64,000 nucleotides of DNA from an uncultured Bacilli bacterium (GCA_944363925.1 CALVVS010000001.1:450-64449), one strand, 5' to 3'; numbered from the stretch's first letter, positions 9,147 to 19,364 are shown. Translations and numbers: made by a program. Notes: generated from the letters alone by a model not told the origin.

Positions 9147-10973
9147 TTATTTAACGCTTTTCCTAAGGCCATCTAAAACCGCAAACATCGCATAAGTATC
9201 CTGTCTACAGTATTCGGTAAGCTTCGTATACTTATGTTTATAATCAAAAGGCAAAAGCTTTGGAAAAGAAGCATAAGTCACCATTGCCTCAACCCCATTG
9301 CCAACCTCCATCCCCTTGTAAGTCAAATTCGAAAACAAAGGTAAAACCTTCTTAATTGAAAACGAACCGTCCATATCTGGATGATAATAATTAAACATCC
9401 TCGCCTCTTCCTTAGAATATCCAAGCCTTTCATATAAAGAAGAATTAGTCTTAACAATATTCATTAAATCAAAAACATTATCCCTTATCTTAAGTAACTT
9501 CTCCTTATATTCAGGAAATATATAAGCAAGTTCCTTTAATCTCGTTTTTTCAAATGAATCATTATAAACCAAAACCATCCCATCATCAGGAATTAATTCA
9601 CACATCAGCTTAACCAATTCTAACCTGTGATCTAAATGATCAGCAGCCAAATAACCATAATGGTCTTTTTCTAAATCACAAACACCTTCTTTTCTTTCAA
9701 TATGAAGTGAAAATTGAAAAACCGATTGACTATAAGGCCTTTCACCTTTATATCTAGGAAGTGGACAAGGAAAAGTCTCAAAATCTAAATGATAAAGTGG
9801 ATATCTAATCATTTTTAAACCACCTTTAATCTTATTCTTGTTAATATAAGGCTCCCCACTAACCACACACTCTCTTTGTATTCTATTTTTTTCCCTATTA
9901 AGCATTGAACTTGGAATATCAAGCATCGATACCTTACCATCATTAATCAGATCAAAAACATCATATTTAGTATTACCATCCTTAAACCCAAAATTATTAT
10001 TCATATAACATAAAATAGAATGCTCCTTTGGAAGCACATCAAAGCATAACTTACAAAACTTACACTTAACCGTCTTTTTATATTCACAGTATTCCCCCAA
10101 AGCCACTCTAGACCCTGATAAATCATCTATATATCTCTTAATCTTCTGACTATCTAAATAAATCTTATCCATCAAATCTCTTGTAATACTTGTCACATCA
10201 ATATAAGCAATAATATCCTCACCATTTATAGTATCATAAATAGCTTCCCCATCTTTATACTTGCCATCAAACACATAATTGCTATTTAAAACCGCTAAAT
10301 AATATCTAACATTTCTCTTATCACCATGACTTTTCATATCATTTTCGATAATAAATCTTTGAACCGCTATATCATAAATATAATGCCCACATGAAGTAAA
10401 TCTATCAAATAACTTGGCTTTATTTCTCTCATAAACCTTCACCGGCATATAATCTTCTATATCATACCCTAAATCTTCAATTAATCTATAAATTCCTTTT
10501 TCATCCTTCAAAAAAATAGATTGTTCCTTACTCCCTAAATTCAAATACTTTTTAGTCGTCGTTGCTTTAACCTCAATAATATTAATACCATCATTATTCT
10601 CATTATAAATATCCACATAACATAAATACCTAATATTATCGATAACTGCATCAAAACTCTCTTGATTATAAGTACTCTTTGAAAACTTAAAATTACCAGA
10701 AAAATACTTCGAAGCAAGTTCACCAGCCAAAATTTCAACCTTATTATAATAAGGCATCATAGTCTCTAAATGTTCATTTTTTACATCTATCAAATCATTA
10801 CCTTCATCGTCAAACATACCCGAAAGTAACTCGGCAATATGCTCAAATTCCTCTTCTTTTTTATACTTATCTATCGAAATCATACTATCTAATTTTTCTT
10901 TTTTTAAATCATCCAAAGCCACATATCTAGGACATCTTGAGTAATTAATAAATTTCGTTTTAGTTATTGCCAT
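9147..10973 (-). CDS. Large cytoplasmic protein with a PD-(D/E)XK-like nuclease signature and a Cys cluster (DUF2779-like). The likely start is the internal Met (MAITKTKF) with RBS GGTGGT.
   Basis: INYSRCPRYVAL N-terminus; ..YVDIYNENNDGINIIEVKATT (D..EVK); C-x7-C-x2-C-x2-C (CEYKKTVKCKFCKLCF); later LDFETF acidic motif. No TM segment. Confidence 0.5.
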   Translation of the reverse strand: MAITKTKFINYSRCPRYVALDDLKKEKLDSMISIDKYKKEEEFEHIAELLSGMFDDEGNDLIDVKNEHLETMMPYYNKVEILAGELASKYFSGNFKFSKSTYNQESFDAVIDNIRYLCYVDIYNENNDGINIIEVKATTTKKYLNLGSKEQSIFLKDEKGIYRLIEDLGYDIEDYMPVKVYERNKAKLFDRFTSCGHYIYDIAVQRFIIENDMKSHGDKRNVRYYLAVLNSNYVFDGKYKDGEAIYDTINGEDIIAYIDVTSITRDLMDKIYLDSQKIKRYIDDLSGSRVALGEYCEYKKTVKCKFCKLCFDVLPKEHSILCYMNNNFGFKDGNTKYDVFDLINDGKVSMLDIPSSMLNREKNRIQRECVVSGEPYINKNKIKGGLKMIRYPLYHLDFETFPCPLPRYKGERPYSQSVFQFSLHIERKEGVCDLEKDHYGYLAADHLDHRLELVKLMCELIPDDGMVLVYNDSFEKTRLKELAYIFPEYKEKLLKIRDNVFDLMNIVKTNSSLYERLGYSKEEARMFNYYHPDMDGSFSIKKVLPLFSNLTYKGMEVGNGVEAMVTYASFPKLLPFDYKHKYTKLTEYCRQDTYAMFAVLDGLRKSVK

Positions 10974-11043
10974 TTTACCACCATCTAAATTATACACCAA
11001 AATCAACCAAACCACACTAAAAAAGAGCTTATAATTAAAGCTC

Positions 11044-12033
11044 TTAAGCTAATTTCTTTTTAGCAATTACTATAGCACCAGCACTTAAGGTTAAAGTACC
11101 AACAGCTAAAATAATTCCATCTGAAGTTTTTGGGTTTTCTACTTCATCTTTTACATCTGGTTTCTCTTCCTCAGCAGGAGTTGTAACATCTTCTTTAGTT
11201 AAAACAAAATTACCATCGTTATCCTTAGTCATTTCGTATCCTTCAGCTAAATAGTCAGTAACATCATCAGAGAACGTTCCCCCACTAACAGAAACACTAT
11301 CTTTTCCATCATTAAAGAAAACTGAACCATTAGCTTCAAAAGTACCACCAGTAACACTTAAAGTAGCGCTTCCATCAGTACTTTGGTTAGTAATTAAAGA
11401 ATAAGCTTTATCATTTCCATCAGTAATAGTAAATGTACCATCATTAACAGTCATTTTACCAGCATTGTTAACCACTGAAAAATTATGAGCTTGTTCAAAA
11501 ATACCACCTTCAATTAAAGCAACACCTTCGTTAACTAAACCGAATACATTATCAGCTTCAGTAGTAATCTTACCGCCTTTAAAAGTTAATGTTCCAGTAT
11601 TATGTAAAGCTGCACTTTTCTCACCATTTGCACTAATAACTCCACCTTCAACTGTCAAAATACCTTGATTGTTAACGGTTGGAGCACTAGAAATATCTTT
11701 TCTACTGATAGTTCCATTTCCTTTACTATCCTTAATTGTAAGACTTCCGCCATTTTCAATTAAAATAGCTGAATTATTAGCCGCATAATTAGTAAAATTA
11801 TAACCAGCTAAATCTAAAACTACAACCTCTCCATTTCTAATAATTAAATCTTCATCAGCGTCAGCTGTAAGTGTTAGAGTATAAACTCCATCTTCACCTT
11901 TCACACTTGTAACTCCACTGCCTTCATAACCAATAGTACCTTCACCATCGACATAAACAGCATTTACATAAGTAAAAGGCATTATCATCAAAGCACATAC
12001 AAATAAACCCAAAAATAAACCTAGTTTTTTCAT
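11044..12033 (-). CDS. Secreted beta-helix-like surface protein with a C-terminal sortase-B-type sorting signal (NPKTS + hydrophobic segment + KKK tail)
   Basis: Signal peptide MKKLGLFLGLFVCALMIMPFTYVNA. Degenerate GG/T-rich repeats (GGTF, GGIF, GGKI). C-terminus ENPKTSDGIILAVGTLTLSAGAIVIAKKKLA. A sortase B gene is divergent and adjacent. Confidence 0.7.
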   Translation of the reverse strand: MKKLGLFLGLFVCALMIMPFTYVNAVYVDGEGTIGYEGSGVTSVKGEDGVYTLTLTADADEDLIIRNGEVVVLDLAGYNFTNYAANNSAILIENGGSLTIKDSKGNGTISRKDISSAPTVNNQGILTVEGGVISANGEKSAALHNTGTLTFKGGKITTEADNVFGLVNEGVALIEGGIFEQAHNFSVVNNAGKMTVNDGTFTITDGNDKAYSLITNQSTDGSATLSVTGGTFEANGSVFFNDGKDSVSVSGGTFSDDVTDYLAEGYEMTKDNDGNFVLTKEDVTTPAEEEKPDVKDEVENPKTSDGIILAVGTLTLSAGAIVIAKKKLA

Positions 12034-12180
12034 TTTCTCACCCTTCCTAAGCAAGTAAACTTGCTAATAACATTATAGCAAAATGTGGTTATCAGTACAA
12101 CTTTTTTATAAAAAATTTTTATAAAAATGTCAAACAAAATAATAAATATGATATAATTATAAAAGTTAGGCGGTGAAAAA

Positions 12181-13029
12181 ATGCATACAAACGGACGAAT
12201 AACTAGAACTAAATATCAAAAAAGAAAAAGGCAAAAAAAAATCATTTGGACCATCATTTTAATCATAAGCATTTTAGTCACTATTCTTTGTACCCTGAAA
12301 ATATTCTTATGGAATAAAGATAATAATAAAATAGATGAAATTAATAAAGATATAAATACCAAAAAAATAGTCAAAGAAACCAAAAGTGAAACCGCTGAAA
12401 ATATAAATCCTCCAGAAAGTAAAGAAGACGATTACTGGTATTATATAAATATGGATATGATGAGTGTCGACTTCAATGAACTAAAACAAAAAAATAGTGA
12501 CACCGTCGGCTTCATAAAAGTAAATGGCACCAATGTCAACTATCCAATTGTCCAATCAAATGATAACTCATATTACTTAAAACACGCTTTTGATAAATCT
12601 AAAAACTCCGCTGGTTGGGTTTTCGCCGATTATCGAAATAATATGGTAAACTTTGATAAAAATACTGTCATCTATGGCCATAGTCGTTCTAATCAAACCG
12701 TCTTTGGTAGTCTTAAAAAAGTTACAAATAAATCATGGTATGGAAATAAAGATAACCATATTATAAAACTATCCACGCCAAAAGAAAACACCTTATGGCA
12801 AATCGTCAGCATCTATACAATTAAACCAGAAAGTTATTATATCACAACTAAATTCTCGGATAGTCAGTTTAAAACCTTTATAAAAACCATTAAAGATAGA
12901 AGCCAAATTGATTTTAGTGGTACTTTAAACGAAAACGATAAAATTCTAACCCTTTCAACTTGTGAAGATGTCGCTGGAACCACTAGACTAGTCATCCATG
13001 CCAAACTAATCAAATTAGAAACAAGATAA
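12181..13029 (+). CDS. srtB: Class B sortase
   Basis: N-terminal TM anchor. NYPIVQSNDNSYYLKH, GWVFADYRN, TVIYGHS (His), ILTLSTCED (TLxTC Cys), TRLVIHAKL (Arg). Confidence 0.85.
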   Translation: MHTNGRITRTKYQKRKRQKKIIWTIILIISILVTILCTLKIFLWNKDNNKIDEINKDINTKKIVKETKSETAENINPPESKEDDYWYYINMDMMSVDFNELKQKNSDTVGFIKVNGTNVNYPIVQSNDNSYYLKHAFDKSKNSAGWVFADYRNNMVNFDKNTVIYGHSRSNQTVFGSLKKVTNKSWYGNKDNHIIKLSTPKENTLWQIVSIYTIKPESYYITTKFSDSQFKTFIKTIKDRSQIDFSGTLNENDKILTLSTCEDVAGTTRLVIHAKLIKLETR

Positions 13030-13075
13030 GAAGCTATGTATCTCATAACTTCTTTTTTTACACTAAAAAAGCAGA

Positions 13076-13723
13076 TTATTCTTCTGCTTGAACAAAATTA
13101 ACTATAATATTCATATCCTTATTATACACTTCTCCAGGTGTAACCCCACCTTTATATTTAGCTGTCACCTGCATATTAGCTGTCTCTCCAGCTTTCAAAA
13201 CATCATTATAATCAATTCCACTTACAGAATATATTATAGGTTCATTTACCACATTAGGTAATTTAATACAAGAAAGTCTTGCATCAAAACTACCATCATT
13301 TTTAATCGTCAAATCATAAACAATCGTATCTCCAGCTTTTGCAAAAGAAACATAAAAATTAGCCACCAAATATTCAGAATTAGGTTTATCAGTTTCCTTC
13401 GCCCCACCAATCTGTTCGACAAGCTTTATATCAGAAAAATGAACATCCCACTTGCCATCACGTGGCTGATATTGTTTATTATTAGAAGCAAGTGGCTGTG
13501 CAAAAGTTGAATACCACATAAGAAGTAAAGCCCCAAGTGCCACTAAAATAATTACAATTCTATTAGTTGTTTTCTTAGACATTTTAATATGACGGTCTTT
13601 TGCATCTGTAATTTCATCCGCATGAGGCTCCCATAATTCTAATACTTCAATCTCTTCATCCTTATTATCTTTTTGTTCATCATTAAGATTAAATTTATCA
13701 TCCATATTAAATTTATTATCCAT
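13076..13723 (-). CDS. Hypothetical single-pass membrane protein with an extracytoplasmic beta-rich domain
   Basis: Acidic cytoplasmic N-terminus, TM helix IVIILVALGALLLMWY, then roughly 140 aa outside. Confidence 0.5.
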   Translation of the reverse strand: MDNKFNMDDKFNLNDEQKDNKDEEIEVLELWEPHADEITDAKDRHIKMSKKTTNRIVIILVALGALLLMWYSTFAQPLASNNKQYQPRDGKWDVHFSDIKLVEQIGGAKETDKPNSEYLVANFYVSFAKAGDTIVYDLTIKNDGSFDARLSCIKLPNVVNEPIIYSVSGIDYNDVLKAGETANMQVTAKYKGGVTPGEVYNKDMNIIVNFVQAEE

Positions 13724-13877
13724 AAAATCATCCCTTACGCCTACTCTAAACTTAGTATATCATAAAGAGCCTCTTTAAGCAATAAATAAGAAAAAAAGAC
13801 AAACAAATTTTTTACTAAGTAAAATAAATTCATAATAAATTCAAAAATAAAACATAAAATTTACTAAAGGAGGAACT

Positions 13878-14234
13878 ATGAAATACTTAAAAAAATTATC
13901 TTTAAACATTTTATATACAATTATACTTTTTATAACCCTATCTTTATTATTAACTGCTTTCAACTATTTTAACATTATAAATTATCAAACCCTTGCCATC
14001 TGTAAAATAATTATTCCTATTTTATCCTTATTTTTTGCTGGTCTTCTCATGGGTAAAAAAGCCACTAAAAATGGATGGTTAGAAGGCTTAAAAATAAGCC
14101 TTATCATTATTGCTATCATGATAATCTTTACCATCATCGCCAAAAGTTTTACCCCAAAAATATTAACCTTCTTTCTGATTTTAATTCTCTCAGGTATCTT
14201 TGGCAGTATAATCGGCATAAATAAAAATAATTAA
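13878..14234 (+). CDS. Small polytopic membrane protein (hypothetical)
   Basis: 118 aa with four predicted TM helices. Good RBS AAAGGAGGAAC upstream of the ATG. Confidence 0.55.
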   Translation: MKYLKKLSLNILYTIILFITLSLLLTAFNYFNIINYQTLAICKIIIPILSLFFAGLLMGKKATKNGWLEGLKISLIIIAIMIIFTIIAKSFTPKILTFFLILILSGIFGSIIGINKNN

Positions 14235-14260
14235 ACCTCGCCCTAAAAAGCGAGATTTTT

Positions 14261-15786
<1,526 letters not shown>

Positions 15787-15800
15787 ATAAAAATCAATGC

Positions 15801-16025
15801 TTACATATACTTTTGCATTGATTTCATCATCTGATTAACTTGTTTTTGACTAGGTGTTCTGCCCATACCAGACATCATCGCCTTAATCATTTTCTCATTA
15901 ATTGGTGGATTTTCTTTAAGTTGTTTCTTCATAACTTTTTTGGCTATCAAAAACCCAATAATAACACCAACTATCAAACCACCAATAACTTTTAATAAAT
16001 CTAATAAAAATGCTCCAATATCCAT
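15801..16025 (-). CDS. yneF: UPF0154/YneF-family small membrane protein. Likely start is MDIGAFLL.
   Basis: [67 protein letters not shown] matches the YneF consensus (..KKNPPINE.M.R.MM.QMG.KPS...I.QMM). Confidence 0.8.
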   Translation of the reverse strand: MDIGAFLLDLLKVIGGLIVGVIIGFLIAKKVMKKQLKENPPINEKMIKAMMSGMGRTPSQKQVNQMMKSMQKYM

Positions 16026-16088
16026 TTTATCTGCCTCCAATAACATTTTACTAAAAAAAACCGTTATTAGCAAGCAATATCCAAATAT

Positions 16089-16226
16089 TTAAGCATTTAC
16101 CATAACATTTACGCCATCATCTTGGGTATGACTGCTTACCATTGTATTTTCCGATGCACTAACATAACTTACTCCTAAAACCATTACAACTAAAGCAATA
16201 ACTGCCTTACATTTTAAAAATTCCAT
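16089..16226 (-). CDS. 45-aa membrane peptide divergent from lexA, with a LexA box in its promoter spacer. It is a candidate SOS-induced cell-division inhibitor (SosA/YneA analogue). Not in the ORF track.
   Basis: RBS GGGAGG-8nt-ATG. MEFLKCKAVIALVVMVLGVSYVSASENTMVSSHTQDDGVNVMVNA has an N-terminal TM/signal-like helix. Promoter TTGACA-17-TATGAT with CGAACAAACATTCG inside the spacer. Confidence 0.6.
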   Translation of the reverse strand: MEFLKCKAVIALVVMVLGVSYVSASENTMVSSHTQDDGVNVMVNA

Positions 16227-16261
16227 ATTTCATACCTCCCTTTGACACCTTAATCATATCA

Positions 16262-16275
16262 CGAACAAACATTCG
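16262..16275. promoter_or_regulatory. LexA operator (Cheo/SOS box) CGAACAAACATTCG
   Basis: Matches the Firmicute consensus CGAAC-N4-GTTCG with one mismatch. It lies in the spacer of the divergent peptide promoter, 85 bp upstream of lexA. Confidence 0.75.
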
Positions 16276-16289
16276 TGTCAATACCATTT

Positions 16290-16305
16290 TCAAACAAATG
16301 TTTGA
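16290..16305. promoter_or_regulatory. Second SOS-box-like inverted repeat TCAAAC-AAAT-GTTTGA overlapping the -35 (TTGACT) of the lexA promoter
   Basis: Perfect 5-bp arms with 4-bp spacer and the same geometry as GAAC-N4-GTTC. It is followed by TTGACT-17-TAAAAT and RBS AGGAGG. Confidence 0.5.
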
Positions 16306-16359
16306 CTAAAATAAAATCTTGTGTTAAAATGTGTATATAATATGTTTAGGAGGAAAAAA

Positions 16360-16977
16360 ATGGAAAAATTAACCCGTAGACAAACCGATGTTTTAAATTA
16401 TGTCAAATCATATATTGTATCTCATGGCTATCCACCAACCGTAAGAGAAATAGGCAAAGCCCTAGATATTTCATCCCCTGCCACTATTCATGCTCATCTA
16501 AATAATTTAGAAAAAAAAGGCTTTATAAAAAAAGAAAACTCTAAAAATAGAGCTATCGAACTTCTTGTAAAAAATGAATTTGAACCCGAAAACGAATTAG
16601 TCGCCGAAGTCCCATTACTAGGTAAAATAACCGCTGGCTCGCCTATCGAAGCTATCGAAATGCCTGACGAATACTTCGCCTTACCTTCATACCTATTACC
16701 TAAAGGTAAAGAAGTTTTCACCTTAAAAGTTGATGGTACCAGTATGATAAACGCCGGCATTTTAGATGGTGACATCGTCATCGTTGAAAGACGAAATAGT
16801 GCTAGAAACGGTGAAATAGTCGTTGCCATGACTGATGAAAATGAAGTAACTCTTAAAACTTTTTACAAAGAAAATGGTCACTTTAGACTTCAACCAGAAA
16901 ACGACACAATGGACCCTATCATTTTAGAAAACGTCACTATACTAGGTAAAGCAATTGGTTTATATAGAAAAATATAA
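16360..16977 (+). CDS. lexA: LexA repressor. Start taken at MEKLTRRQ after RBS AGGAGG; the ORF track starts at 16321.
   Basis: wHTH N-terminus, Ala-Gly cleavage site (KITAGSP), and S24 peptidase Ser/Lys (VDGTSM ... TLKTF). Confidence 0.92.
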   Translation: MEKLTRRQTDVLNYVKSYIVSHGYPPTVREIGKALDISSPATIHAHLNNLEKKGFIKKENSKNRAIELLVKNEFEPENELVAEVPLLGKITAGSPIEAIEMPDEYFALPSYLLPKGKEVFTLKVDGTSMINAGILDGDIVIVERRNSARNGEIVVAMTDENEVTLKTFYKENGHFRLQPENDTMDPIILENVTILGKAIGLYRKI

Positions 16978-17010
16978 AACATGTGAAACAAAACACATGT
17001 TTTTAGTTAT
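16978..17010. terminator. Bidirectional rho-independent terminator between the convergent lexA and repeat-protein genes
   Basis: aacatgtgaaacaaaacacatgtt hairpin flanked by A- and T-runs. Confidence 0.6.
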
Positions 17011-17587
17011 TTTTCTTTAAAACTTTTGATTTTTGACGATTATCCCAAATAACAATATTACAAGATTTTGATAAAACCTTCGATGACATTATCTGTTCAA
17101 TTGGTAAATAAGCCGCCCTAACTTTACGTTCGCGCTTAATAATCTCTGCAATAGCATATTTTAAAGATAAAACATCAGCCTCTTTAACATGACATAAAAA
17201 ATAATACATATACTCGATATCTCCAGCTTTGATTACCTCATCTTCTAATCTAAGTACATCCGCCTCTTCAAAATTTCGGGCAAATAAATACATATAACAA
17301 GCATTTCCACTAGAAATTATTGCCTCTTCCATCTTTTTAATATTAACCCCTTTGACATCTTTAGCTAAATGATACATATAAAAAACATCGTCAGACGCAA
17401 TAATCGCATCCTCTATTTTAGAATAATCTTCAAGCTTAACATTACAGGCAAACTCATACATATATCTAGGCACACCACTGAGTATAATAATATTTTCATA
17501 CTTACTTATATCACCGCTCTTCAAAGCTCCATAAATAAGTAAAGCTCCATTTTTTGAAATATTTTTATCTATCTTAAAATTATCCAT
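17003..17587 (-). CDS. Hypothetical protein with four tandem roughly 33-aa repeats carrying a Y-M-Y-x-F/L motif
   Basis: RYMYEFACNVKLEDY.., VFYMYHLAKDVKGVN.., ACYMYLFARNFEEAD.., IEYMYYFLCHVKEAD.. No TM segment. Confidence 0.5.
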   Translation of the reverse strand: MDNFKIDKNISKNGALLIYGALKSGDISKYENIIILSGVPRYMYEFACNVKLEDYSKIEDAIIASDDVFYMYHLAKDVKGVNIKKMEEAIISSGNACYMYLFARNFEEADVLRLEDEVIKAGDIEYMYYFLCHVKEADVLSLKYAIAEIIKRERKVRAAYLPIEQIMSSKVLSKSCNIVIWDNRQKSKVLKKNN

Positions 17588-17668
17588 CTTAATCCTCCTA
17601 ACAACAATTATCTATTATAACACTATTTTTTAAACATAAACCAAAAAATAACATATTCACAAAATATG

Positions 17669-18484
17669 TTACTTCCTATAATAAGTACTAGACATCCTAT
17701 ACTCGCCATCTTCTAAAACTAAAGCTATCACATTACCAGATACATCCAAAACCTCTTTTTTAGAAGCATCAGTCCAATTAATACCATCAAAACTATATTT
17801 ATAGCTGTAATTATCACCATCTGGATACTCAATTATTAAACCATCCCCATCTTTAAATTGAATACCATCTATAACCTTAATAAGCCTTTTTTTAGTAACC
17901 TCATTTCCCCTTCCATCAGTTGCCTTACACTCTATAACGTAATTACCAACCTCTGCTTTCAAAGTATTCTCACATCTAAAACTAACCTCACCAGAATTAT
18001 CTGTCGCTATAACTCCATCAGATACATCATAACTAAAAACCTCATCAGTTGTAATTGTCACTGCCGAAGGAACCACCAAACGTGGTTTTTTATTATCCGT
18101 AACAATAACCACTCTTTTAAGCTCTTCTAACTCACCTCCATAAGAAGCTTCGTATTTGACCATATAATTTCCTACCTTCGTCGTATCAATCGAACTAACC
18201 TGCCTGTCATCTAAATAATAAGATATAGAAATCAAAGGTGAAACTTTTTTACCATCAAAATAAGCCACCGCCTTCATCTCTTCGTACTTATCATTTATTC
18301 CCACATAAGTAATAAAATTACCATTTAATACTAATCTAAGACCATCTTTTGAAACATTTTCATTTTGAACAATTTCCTTAGCCTCTGGCCTATTTAAATA
18401 ATCAATAATTCTATTTCCAATAAACAAAATAATCAAAAAAATAGTAATCAACGTAACTAGACCTACTAACCGTGCCTTTCTCAT
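17669..18484 (-). CDS. N-terminally membrane-anchored surface protein with bacterial Ig-like domain(s). It lies immediately downstream of two pilin genes and may be pilus-associated.
   Basis: MRKARLVGLVTLITIFLIILFIG anchor, then a beta-rich region with a DUF5011-like Ig segment (..VTITTDEVFSYDVSDGVIATDNSGEVSF..GNYVIECKATDGRGNEV). Confidence 0.55.
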   Translation of the reverse strand: MRKARLVGLVTLITIFLIILFIGNRIIDYLNRPEAKEIVQNENVSKDGLRLVLNGNFITYVGINDKYEEMKAVAYFDGKKVSPLISISYYLDDRQVSSIDTTKVGNYMVKYEASYGGELEELKRVVIVTDNKKPRLVVPSAVTITTDEVFSYDVSDGVIATDNSGEVSFRCENTLKAEVGNYVIECKATDGRGNEVTKKRLIKVIDGIQFKDGDGLIIEYPDGDNYSYKYSFDGINWTDASKKEVLDVSGNVIALVLEDGEYRMSSTYYRK

Positions 18485-18488
18485 AAAA

Positions 18489-18923
18489 TCAGTCCTTATT
18501 CATATTAGCAATCGTGCAGCTATCCGCATCGTTAATATTTTCATTAATCACAATCTCTTTAGATGAAGCTCCTTTTACCACGCAAATATGCGCACTATCA
18601 CTCCATAAAGCAAGCTTCACCTTACCATTTTCATCAATCTCAAACTCTCCCGCATCTGGAAGTTCACCATCCGTTTTAAGTAAATTCTTAACATCATCTG
18701 AACTAGTCTTATAATTAACTAATAAAGTAGGACTTTCATTTAAAGCTTGCTTCTCAGCTTGATAAGTACCAGCTGCCACAACAAGTCCATGCGCTGAATT
18801 AATAAAAGCCTTTTCCCTAGACGACTGAATAACATCTATCACAATTGGCGCTGTTACCACTGCCACAATCGCAATAATCGCAATAACTGCCAGTAACTCC
18901 GCTAAAGTAAAACCTTTTTTCAT
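18489..18923 (-). CDS. Type IV pilin / competence-type pseudopilin. Start at MKKGFTLAELL; the ORF track extends further upstream.
   Basis: MKKG-FTLAELLAVIAIIAIVAVVTAPIVI class III signal peptide. C-terminal Cys pair (HICVV...SCTIA). Confidence 0.8.
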   Translation of the reverse strand: MKKGFTLAELLAVIAIIAIVAVVTAPIVIDVIQSSREKAFINSAHGLVVAAGTYQAEKQALNESPTLLVNYKTSSDDVKNLLKTDGELPDAGEFEIDENGKVKLALWSDSAHICVVKGASSKEIVINENINDADSCTIANMNKD

Positions 18924-18924
18924 A

Positions 18925-19290
18925 TTACTGAGCCTCCTCAACACTATAAACAAACTCCGTCTCACCAACTTTTTCAACGCAAACCTGCGTTAACTGTGAA
19001 AAATCTTCATTTGTCTTTGGGTTTTTAATATCAACAGGTAAATAACCATTACTCTTTAAACTCTCAAGACTTTGGCATGCCCTATCCCCAACATTAGAAG
19101 GCATCTCCTCTAAGTGCTGCGTATAATAATCTTCTCCACCTTTTTTTATCTGTTCGATTTGCGTTTCATATAAATCTTCTCGGCCACTATCTAAAGAACG
19201 GTTAATCGCCGGCACAGTAATAAGTGCAATAACTCCAAGTATCGCAATAACTCCAAGTAATTCTGCTAAAGTAAAACCACCATTTCTCAT
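18925..19290 (-). CDS. Type IV pilin / pseudopilin. Start at MRNGGFTLAELL after RBS AGGTGA.
   Basis: MRNGG-FTLAELLGVIAILGVIALITVPAI prepilin signal. C-terminal Cys pair (RACQS ... QVCVE). Confidence 0.8.
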   Translation of the reverse strand: MRNGGFTLAELLGVIAILGVIALITVPAINRSLDSGREDLYETQIEQIKKGGEDYYTQHLEEMPSNVGDRACQSLESLKSNGYLPVDIKNPKTNEDFSQLTQVCVEKVGETEFVYSVEEAQ

Positions 19291-19364
19291 ATCATCACCT
19301 ATCATAATTATACAACATTTTTATTTCTAAACAAAATAAAAAGTAACTATTTTTCATAATTACT

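Noticed and set aside
10541-10738. 65-aa minus-strand ORF inside the DUF2779-like gene, and similar internal ORFs (14350..14541, 14746..14931, 16494..16829, 17858..18130, 18514..18714, 20301..20616, 20883..21098, 24231..24449, 24864..25076, 26695..26898, 27311..27514, 28988..29550, 30351..30560, 30983..31210, 33424..33955, 34949..35149, 36276..36599, 37874..38077, 39375..39572, 40735..40917, 41029..41238, 42201..42383, 44446..44676, 45144..45326, 45748..46002, 47417..47683, 48307..48504, 49321..49581, 52671..52856, 54193..54468, 54944..55138, 58572..58781, 59584..59769, 61567..61782, 61989..62426, 6686..7277, 12864..13046, 13985..14218)
   Set aside because: All overlap longer, motif-supported genes in another frame or strand and are explained as spurious six-frame ORFs.
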